Source: Nemertoderma westbladi
Lineage: Eukaryota; Animalia; Xenacoelomorpha
Assembly (NCBI GenBank): GCA_032718475.1
Contig: JAUCBJ010007620.1
Coordinates: 124,001 to 188,000, forward strand
Length of the DNA: 64,000 bases
Direction of reading: 5' to 3'
The translations under genes were made by a program, and so were the position numbers. Positions 31,311 through 39,247 of the stretch are shown here, one piece after another. How positions within the stretch are numbered: position 1 is the stretch's first letter; every line of letters begins with the position of its first letter. The notes beneath the pieces were generated by a model. The model had not been told where the DNA came from and did not search any database. It was given only the letters and a program-made list of their open reading frames with translations.

Positions 31311-34300
31311 AACATGCAACTATTTTAAAGATGGGAAAAGTAAATGAAATCCATTGTCAGACAACATGCGACTATTGTAAAGATGGAAAAAGTAAGTGAA
31401 AACCATTGTCAGACAACATGCGACTATTGTAAAGATTGAAAAAGTAAGTGAAATCCATTGTGAGACAACATGCGACTATTGTAAAGATTGAAAAAGTAAG
31501 TGAAATCCATTGTCAGACAACATGCGACTATTGTAAAGATGGAAAAAGTAAGTGAAAACCATTGTCAGACAACATGCGACTATTGTAAAGATTGAAAAAG
31601 TAAGTGAAATCCATTGTCAGACAACATGCGACTATTGTAAAGATTGAAAAAGTAAGTGAAATCCATTGTCAGACAACATGCGACTATTGTAAAGATGGAA
31701 AAAGTAAGTGAAATCCATTGTCAGACAACATGCGACTATTGTAAAGATGGAAAAAGTAAGTGAAAACCATTGTCAGACAACATGCGACTATTGTAAAGAT
31801 TGAAAAAGTAAGTGAAATCCATTGTCAGACAACATGCGACTATTGTAAAGATTGAAAAAGTAAGTGAAATCCATTGTCAGACAACATGCGACTATTGTAA
31901 AGATGGAAAAAGTAAGTGAAATCCATTGTCAGACAACATGCGACTATTGTAAAGATGGAAAAAGTAAGTGAAAACCATTGTCAGACAACATGCAACTATT
32001 TTAAAGATGGAAAAAGTAAGTGAAATACATTGTCAGACAACATGCGACTATTTTAAAGATGGGAAAAGTAAATGAAATCCATTGTCAGACAACATGCGAC
32101 TATTGTAAAGATGGAAAAAGTAAGTGAAAACCATTGTCAGACAACATGCGACTATTGTAAAGATTGAAAAAGTAAGTGAAATCCATTGTCAGACAACATG
32201 CGACTATTGTAGAGATTGAAAAAGTAAGTGAAATCCATTGTCAGAGAACATGCGACTATTGTAAAGATGGAAAAAGTAAGTGAAAACCATTGTCAAACAA
32301 CATGCGACTATTGTAAAGATTGAAAAAGTAAGTGAAATCCATTGTCAGACAACATGCGACCATTGTAAAGATGGAAAAAGTAAGTGAAATCCATTGTCAG
32401 AGAACATGCGACTATTGTAAAGATGGAAAAAGTAAGTGAAAACCATTGTCAGACAACATGCGACTATTGTAAAGATTGAAAATGTAAGTGAAATCCATTG
32501 TCAGACAACATGCGACCATTGTAAAGATGGAAAAATTAAGTGAAAACCATTGTCAGAGAACATGCGACTATTGTAAAGATGGAAAAATTAAGTGAAAACC
32601 ATTGTCAGACAACATGCGACTATTGTGAAGATTGAAAAAGTAAGTGAAATCCATTGTCACACAACATGCGACTATTTTAAAGATGGAACAAGTAAGTGAA
32701 ATCCATTGTCAGACAACATGCGACTATTGTAAAGATGGAAAAAGTAAGTGAAATCCATTGTCAGACAACATGCAACTATTTTAAAGATGGAAAAAGTAAG
32801 TGAAATACATTGTCAGACAACATGCGACTATTTTAAAGATGGGAAAAGTAAGTGAAATCCATTGTCAGACAACATGCGACTATTGTAAAGATGGAAAAAG
32901 TAAGTGAAAACCATTGTCAGACAACATGCGACTATTGTAAAGATTGAAAAAGTAAGTGAAATCCATTGTCAGACAACATGCGACTATTGTAAAGATGGAA
33001 AAAGTTAGTGAAATCCATTGTCAGACAACATGCGACTATTGTAAAGATGGAAAAAAGTAAGTGAAATCCATTGTCAGACAACACGCGACTATTGTAAAGA
33101 TGGAAAAATTAAGTGAAATCCATTGTCAGACAACATGCGACTATTGTAAAGATGGAAAAAGTAAGTGAAAACCATTGTCAGACAACATGCGACTATTGTA
33201 AAGATTGAAAAAGTAAGTGAAATCCATTGTCAGACAACATGCGACTATTTTAAAGATGGAAAAAGTAAATGAAATCCATTGTCAGACAACATGCGACTAT
33301 TGTAAAGATGGAAAAAGTAAGTGAAAACCATTGTCAGACAACATGCGACTATTTTAAAGATGGAAAAAGTAAGTGAAAACCATTGTCAGACAACATGCGA
33401 CTATTTTAAAGATGGAAAAAGTAAGTGAAATCCATTGTCAGACAACATGCGACTATTGTAAAGATGGAAAAAGTAAGTGAAAACCATTGTCAGACAACAT
33501 GCGACAAGATTGAAAAAGTAAGTGAAATCCATTGTCAGACAACATGCGACTATTTTAAAGATGGAAAAAGTAAGTGAAATCCATTGTCAGACAACATGCG
33601 ACTATTTTAAAGAGGGAAAAAGTAAGTGAAAACCATTGTCAGACAACATGCGACTATTGTAAAGATTGAAAAAGTAAGTGAAATCCATTGTCAGACAATA
33701 TGCGACTATTGTAAAGATTGAAAAAGTAAGTGAAATCCATTGTCAGACAACATGCGACTATTGTAAAGATTGAAAAAGTAAGTGAAATCCATTGTCAGAC
33801 AATATGCGACTATTGTAAAGATTGAAAAAGTAAGTGAAATCCATTGTCAGACAACATGCGACTATTGTAAAGATGGAAAAACTAAGTGAAATCCATTGTC
33901 AGACAAGATGCGACTATTGTAAAGATGGAAAAAGTAAGTGAAAACCATTGTCAGACAACATGCGACTATTTTAAAGATGGAAAAAGTAAGTGAAAACCAT
34001 TGTCAGACAACATGCGACTATTTTAAAGATGGAAAAAGTAAGTGAAATCCATTGTCAGACAACATGCGACTATTGTAAAGATGGAAAAAGTAAGTGAAAA
34101 CCATTGTCAGACAACATGCGACAAGATTGAAAAAATAAGTGAAATCCATTGTCAGACAACATGCGACTATTTTAAAGATGGAAAAAGTAAGTGAAATCCA
34201 TTGTCAGACAACATGCGACTATTTTAAAGAGGGAAAAAGTAAGTGAAAACCATTGTCAGACAACATGCGACTATTGTAAAGATTGAAAAAGTAAGTGAAA

Positions 34301-35397
34301 TCCATTGTCAGACAATATGCGACTATTGTAAAGATTGAAAAAGTAAGTGAAATCCATTGTCAGACAACATGCGACTATTGTAAAGATTGAAAAAGTAAGT
34401 GAAATCCATTGTCAGACAATATGCGACTATTGTAAAGATTGAAAAAGTAAGTGAAATCCATTGTCAGACAACATGCGACTATTGTAAAGATGGAAAAACT
34501 AAGTGAAATCCATTGTCAGACAACATGCGACTATTTTAAAGATGGAAAAAGTAAATGAAATCCATTGTCAGACAACATGCGACTATTTTAAAGATGGAAA
34601 AAGTAAGTGAAAACCATTGTCAGACAACATGCGACTATTGTAAAGATTGAAAAAGTAAGTGAAATCCATCGTCAGACAACATGCGACTATTTTAAAGATG
34701 GAAAAAGTAAGTGAAATCCATTGTCAGACAACATGCGACTATTTTAAAGATGGAAAAAGTAAGTGAAATCCATTGTCAGACAACATGCGACTATTGTAAA
34801 GATGGAAAAAGTAAGTGAAAATCATTGTCAGACAACATGCGACTATTTTAAAGATGGAAAAAGTAAGTGAAATCCATTGTTAGACAACATGCGACTATTG
34901 TAAAGATGGAAAAAGTAAGTGAAAACCATTGTCAGACAACATGCGACTATTGTAAAGATTGAAAAAGTAAGTGAAATCCATTGTCAGACAACATGCGACT
35001 ATTGTAAAGATGGAAAAAGTTTTAGTGAAATCCATTGTCAGACAACATGCGACTATTGCAATAATGGAAAAAGTAAGTGAAACCCATTGTCAGCCAACAT
35101 GCGACTATTTTAAAGATGGAAAAAGTAAGTGAAATCCATTGTCAGACAACATGCGACTATTGTAAAGATGGAAAAAGTAAGTGAAAATCATTGTCAGACA
35201 ACATGCGACTATTGTAAAGATGGAAAAAGTAAGTTAAATCCATTGTCAGACAACATGCGACTATTGTAAAGATGGAAAAAGTAAGTGAAAACCATTGTCA
35301 GACAACATGCGACTATTATAGAGATGGAAAAAGTAAGTGAAATCCATTGTCAGACAACATGCGACTATTGTAAAGATGGAAAAAGTAAGTGAAATCC

Positions 35398-35413
35398 ATT
35401 GTCAGACAACATG
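35398..35413 (+). repeat. Left target-site duplication ATTGTCAGACAACATG (16 bp)
   Basis: The satellite breaks off after ...TCC ATTGTCAGACAACATG and is followed by unique sequence AAAGACTC; the identical 16-mer restarts the satellite at 39232. Confidence 0.93.
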
Positions 35414-35501
35414 AAAGACTCATGACATAACTGTAACTTTAACTTTGACAACCTAACTGTACTGCTGTATGTCAATTATTTAAATTTATTATTTCAATGA
35501 T

Positions 35502-36281
35502 ATGGCTGAGGCAGTGGAGTTCGTGAAACACCAAGATGAAATTCTCAATCTGATCCGCTCCGTTAAACAAAAGAAAAGCTTCACCAATGACGAGGAGAAA
35601 CACGTAATTGATAAACTGATGGCGATGTCATCCTTGTTTACCACTACGCTCGGTCTGCTCGCCGAAGCGCGCCAAGAGTCGGTTAACTCCAAAAACCAAC
35701 TCCTGAACAACCTTCTGACACACCCCTCGGCTGCGGTTGCAGCAAACGCGAAAGTCGGACTTCCTCCCGCGACCTCGGCATGGAACAGGTCCGAGTGTGG
35801 TGCTGGTGCCCCCACCAGCCTCGCCGCTACAAACGTCAACAACGTCACCACCGGTACCGGTACACCAGCCAGGAATCCACAACCAGCACCGCTTAGGACG
35901 ATTATCGGGGGGAGCCGACCCGCCGGCGGCCCTATCCGGGCTGGTACGAAGCCGCCCGCGCCCCCACGGAAGGCCCACGTTCATATCGGGAGGTTGCACC
36001 CCAATGTAACCTCAAAGGATATCTGCGACTTCCTCAATCTGGAGAAAGTTCAATTCGACGAAGTTGTGGCAGTTCCCCCACGCCAGGATTCGCCATACAT
36101 CAGTTATCATATCGTTTGCGACCAGGAAAAACGCGACTCAGTCATAGACCCCACATTATGGGAAGACGGAGTTACAATCCGTAACTACCGTCTAAATGAC
36201 GAGGAGCGGGTTCACTACGGAGTGCGCCCACGGCAATACAACGGAACCCCCATCCCATCCTCCCAACAGGACAGGGAATGA
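35502..36281 (+). CDS. LINE ORF1 protein (259 aa): putative helical N-terminus, Pro/Gly/Thr/Ala-rich linker, RRM-like C-terminal domain
   Basis: ATG in good context (GATATGG) with an in-frame TAA upstream at 35481. The C-terminal HVHIGRLHPNVTSKDICDFL...YISYHI...DPTLWEDGVTIRNY resembles the RRM-like pattern ending in W-x-x-G-V-x-V/I-R seen in invertebrate LINE ORF1 proteins, and the ORF lies upstream of an APE-RT ORF. Confidence 0.85.
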   Translation: MAEAVEFVKHQDEILNLIRSVKQKKSFTNDEEKHVIDKLMAMSSLFTTTLGLLAEARQESVNSKNQLLNNLLTHPSAAVAANAKVGLPPATSAWNRSECGAGAPTSLAATNVNNVTTGTGTPARNPQPAPLRTIIGGSRPAGGPIRAGTKPPAPPRKAHVHIGRLHPNVTSKDICDFLNLEKVQFDEVVAVPPRQDSPYISYHIVCDQEKRDSVIDPTLWEDGVTIRNYRLNDEERVHYGVRPRQYNGTPIPSSQQDRE

Positions 36282-39096
36282 CACCCGTCGCACCCGGTAA
36301 TCCCAAACGATGACGTCATCATTAGACTCTGGAACGTAGAAGGTTTACAATACCTGGTAAATCATTATAGCGACGCTGAACTCTACTCAAACTCAGATGT
36401 AGTCCTATTTACAGAAACTTTCCTCACTACAACTACATTTCAAACGCCGAATTACTACCCCTTCCTCTCGCCAGCTGCCCAGGGCTCCAGTGGCCGACCC
36501 AGTGGCGGTCTGCTAATTCTGTGCAAACCAAATTTAAACCCATCCGGACTTGCTCAAGATACCAGTCACATAATAATTAAAACTGATATAGCTTATTTCG
36601 CAGTTTTCTACTTTCCACCAAAAACCGCGCTGGAAAACATTATTCTCTCCATCTCCACTGCACTATCCCATACAGACTGCAACCTACCCACTGTATTGGG
36701 TGGAGATTTTAATTGTAGACTCGATAACGGCAACCGCGGGTCAACTCTCGTGGAACACCTCAACTCGCTCGGTTTCACCTGCCTCAACAATGCTGCCAAC
36801 CCCACTTATATATCACCTCAAGGTGAGAGTGTCATCGACCTGATGTTTGTCAGATATGTTGGCGCCCTCCCACCAAATATACCAGACTTAAACGTTATTC
36901 TGGGCCCAATAAGGAAACACCAAAGGACCCAGGTGACTCTTGGTTTCCAGACATTAAACCTACCGCCGACTAAACCGCCTCGATACACACGGAAAATAAA
37001 CCCTGATATCATCCGACAGCACCCCAATCTCCAGTTAATCCGGGAAAATCTAACAACCACCAACGACATAGATAGCGCGACTGCACTGTTCAATGAGGCG
37101 TTAACTAACTCTGCAACACTAATATCATCTTGCAACCCCAGCGGCAAACCCTGGTACGACGTTGAGTGCCAGGAACTTAAAGGAGCACTCATTTCAGCAA
37201 TGAAAAATCGCAATAAGTCAGAGACTGACAACACATCATTCTGGAACCTTCGAAAAATATACAAACGGCTTATTATATCTAAACGCAATGAATACGAAGA
37301 AAAGGTTTTATCAGACTTGGTGGGAAGAGCCGAGATTAAACCCTGGTCTTTGTTTAACGATCGTAAACCTACAGTCGCCCCGATCGATTCCATACGCTTA
37401 GAATCACACTTCCACGACTTGCTGGGTATCTCGCGCGACCCCCCTGGCACAGAACCAATCCCAGTGACAAGCGAAGCAGATCGAAGCATCTCAGAATGGT
37501 ACAATGAGCCTCTCTCCGACTCAGTTGTATTCGAAACAATACAATCCTCAGCAAACAATAAAGCCTCCGGGCCCGACAACATCTACTACGAACATCTAAA
37601 ACAAGCCTGCCCGTTCATTCTGGTAACTCTAACTTTGCTCTACAACGTATGTCTCAATGCTGGCAAGCTTCCTTTCATCTGGAAGAACAGCATTATAAAC
37701 ATCCTGTATAAAGGTAAAGGTGCAATATCGAACCCGGACAACTACCGTGGCATCGCCCTTCTCTGCGTTCTCCTTAAAATACTAACATCGACTTTAAACA
37801 AACGTATTCGTCAACATGTTGGCCAACTGATCCCACCCGAACAATATGGATTCCTCCCCGGTCGCTCTACGAATCAAGCTATATCAAAACTCCTCTGCGA
37901 TATAGCATCAGCGTTCCGCTCGAGTCGCCGCGAAGAACGGATCGTCTACGCGGCATTCGTCGACTTCCGAAAGGCGTTCGACTTTGTAAGCCGTGCCAAG
38001 CTACTCCATAAAATATATGCCCTCGGTATCAAAGGAAAGACATACGATCTCGTAAAGGAACTACTAGATAATTACATCCGGGTTTATGATGGCCTACGTT
38101 TCTCGAATATAATCCACCAACTCCGCGGTGTCCTTCAAGGGGACTGCCTCTCTCCGACTCTTTTCATCATCTTCATTGCGGATCTGGCGTCAGCCCTCCG
38201 TAACTCTGTGGCTCTCCTTAAATTTATATTCTATGCAGACGACCTAGTGTTCTACTCCTGCAACAAACGCGAAATCCAATCTGCACTTGACGTCCTCCAA
38301 ACCTGGTGTGTCGCTAATGGGATGGAGGTGAACCTCACCAAAACAAAAATTGTAAAATTCCGCAAAGGCGGCCGCATTGCACGCAGCGACCACTTCACTT
38401 ACAACAACCGCGAAGTTCAACTCGCCAGCCATTACGAATATCTCGGAGTCACCTTCCAGTCCTCACTATCCTTCTCTCTCCACCTCAAACAGAAAAAAGA
38501 AAAAGCTTATTGCATCATCGGTTCCCTTAAACACATCCACCTCTTGTCTGTAGAAACTGGAATTAAAATTTTTCAACTCAAAAATATCTCCAATGATAAC
38601 ATACGCACTACAAATAATCTCACCACATCTCTCCCTGCAAAATGTGAAAGATATCGACAAAGTAAAAACGACCCACGTAAAACGAATGCTTCGACTACAC
38701 AGCTCTGCTTCCTCGACACTTGTATTAAAATTGGCAGGGGAAAAATCATTCATCGAAGCCCTCCTAGAGACCTCCCTGTATGCGTTTAACCCAGAAGTTA
38801 TCCGAAACTACCGGTCGTACCGCTCCGAACGCGAGGAGAATTTTGTTAACGAGGGATACTCCCGCGGTCCAGCATTCCAAACCTCGGTTTGGAAGACTCA
38901 TGGCCAGACTAACAGGCATGTTGTCACCCGGACGACAGCCCACGGATTCCACTTTAAAGTCTGCAACAACTCCGTTCCCTTCCATGCCTTAACCCCGGAA
39001 TGCCATTGCAAGTTCTGCAAACTCTCCTGCAGTGACCGCTACCACATACTTTCCTGCAACCTCTGCCCGCCTCTGTCGGTACTCGCCGCAAACTAA
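36282..39096 (+). CDS. LINE ORF2 polyprotein: APE endonuclease, reverse transcriptase, C-terminal Cys/His domain (about 937 aa once one +1 frameshift at about 38580-38584 is corrected; no initiator ATG)
   Basis: Manual translation shows the frame is open from 36282, 414 nt upstream of the 36696 start in the ORF track. APE motifs: WNVEG (36330), LFTETF, GRPSGG, FYFPP, GGDFN, PTY, SVIDL. RT motifs: KASGPDNI, NYRGIALL, QYGF-PGRST, FVDFRKAFD, GVLQGDCLSPTLF, YADD (38232-38243), VNLTKTK, YLGV. The 38593-39096 ORF is its continuation. Confidence 0.93.
36321..36930 (+). other. Apurinic/apyrimidinic-like (EEP family) endonuclease domain of ORF2
   Basis: Ordered motifs WNVEG, TET, SGG, YFPP, GDFN, TY, SVIDL, then RKH at the position of the usual SDH. 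Confidence 0.88.
38941..39066 (+). other. C-terminal Cys/His-rich putative zinc-binding region of ORF2
   Basis: HGFHFKVCNNSVPFHALTPECHCKFCKLSCSDRYHILSCNLC, which includes a C-x2-C-x8-H-x3-C arrangement similar to LINE C-terminal zinc knuckles. Confidence 0.7.
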
Positions 39097-39231
39097 CCAC
39101 AACGCCCCCCCCCCACCCTTGGCATATTACTGTACTTTTATATACTGTACTGTATTGGTATATGTTTTTCTATTGGCTGATTGGTATACTGTATCTCATA
39201 TTTACCCCGCCCGGGGTGTATCTATTAATAT
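39097..39231 (+). other. LINE 3' UTR: C10 tract, ACTGTA and ATTGG short repeats, terminal GC hairpin, AT-rich end without poly(A)
   Basis: C run at 39105-39114; stem ACCCC (39204-39208) / GGGGT (39213-39217) with a 4-nt loop; ends TCTATTAATAT. Confidence 0.75.
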
Positions 39232-39247
39232 ATTGTCAGACAACATG
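39232..39247 (+). repeat. Right target-site duplication ATTGTCAGACAACATG (16 bp)
   Basis: Preceded by element sequence ...TCTATTAATAT rather than satellite ...AAATCC. The first 1-3 nt (ATT) could be microhomology with the AT-rich element tail. Confidence 0.93.

Larger units (their letters stand above)
1..35413 (+). repeat. 52-bp tandem satellite array, left arm (about 680 monomers, head-to-tail, continues beyond window start)
   Basis: Continuous repetition of ACAACATGCGACTATTGTAAAGATGGAAAAAGTAAGTGAAATCCATTGTCAG, usually with only a few substitutions per copy and occasional small indels; no spacers and no inversions seen. Confidence 0.99.
35414..39231 (+). mobile_element. Apparently full-length non-LTR retrotransposon (LINE, APE-type; motifs suggest the RTE/RTEX neighbourhood, clade not certain), 3,818 bp
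   Basis: Unique sequence, more GC-rich than the array, bounded by a 16-bp direct repeat of satellite sequence. It has an 88-nt 5' UTR, ORF1, ORF2 with APE and RT motifs, and a 135-nt 3' UTR. No LTRs or terminal inverted repeats. Confidence 0.96.

Noticed and set aside
35399-35409. Transcription-factor-like motifs in the monomer (TGTCA, TALE-homeodomain type; CAGAC, SMAD type)
   Set aside because: Five-base matches are expected by chance in any 52-mer and there is no supporting evidence here.
1-35413. CRISPR-array interpretation (conserved segment alternating with a more variable segment)
   Set aside because: The variable part differs by only a few substitutions, so there are no unique spacers. 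No cas genes or leader are present, and the context is eukaryotic.
35414-35440. Weak resemblance of the element's first bases (AGACTCATGACATAACTGTAA) to the satellite (AGACAACATGCGACTATTGTAA)
   Set aside because: It needs several gaps in about 22 AT-rich bases and cannot be distinguished from chance, so it does not show that the satellite derives from the element.
36696-38789. Bacterial RT system (group II intron, retron, DGR) or telomerase/Penelope-type RT
   Set aside because: The N-terminal APE domain, upstream ORF1, non-LTR-type RT motifs and 16-bp target-site duplication identify a LINE; no intron RNA domains or GIY-YIG nuclease were seen.
35489-38992. Antisense and alternate-frame ORFs overlapping the LINE (e.g. 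36818-37582 minus, 254 aa; 35628-35999 minus; 35737-36009 plus)
   Set aside because: No recognisable motifs; they are consistent with shadow ORFs of long coding frames.
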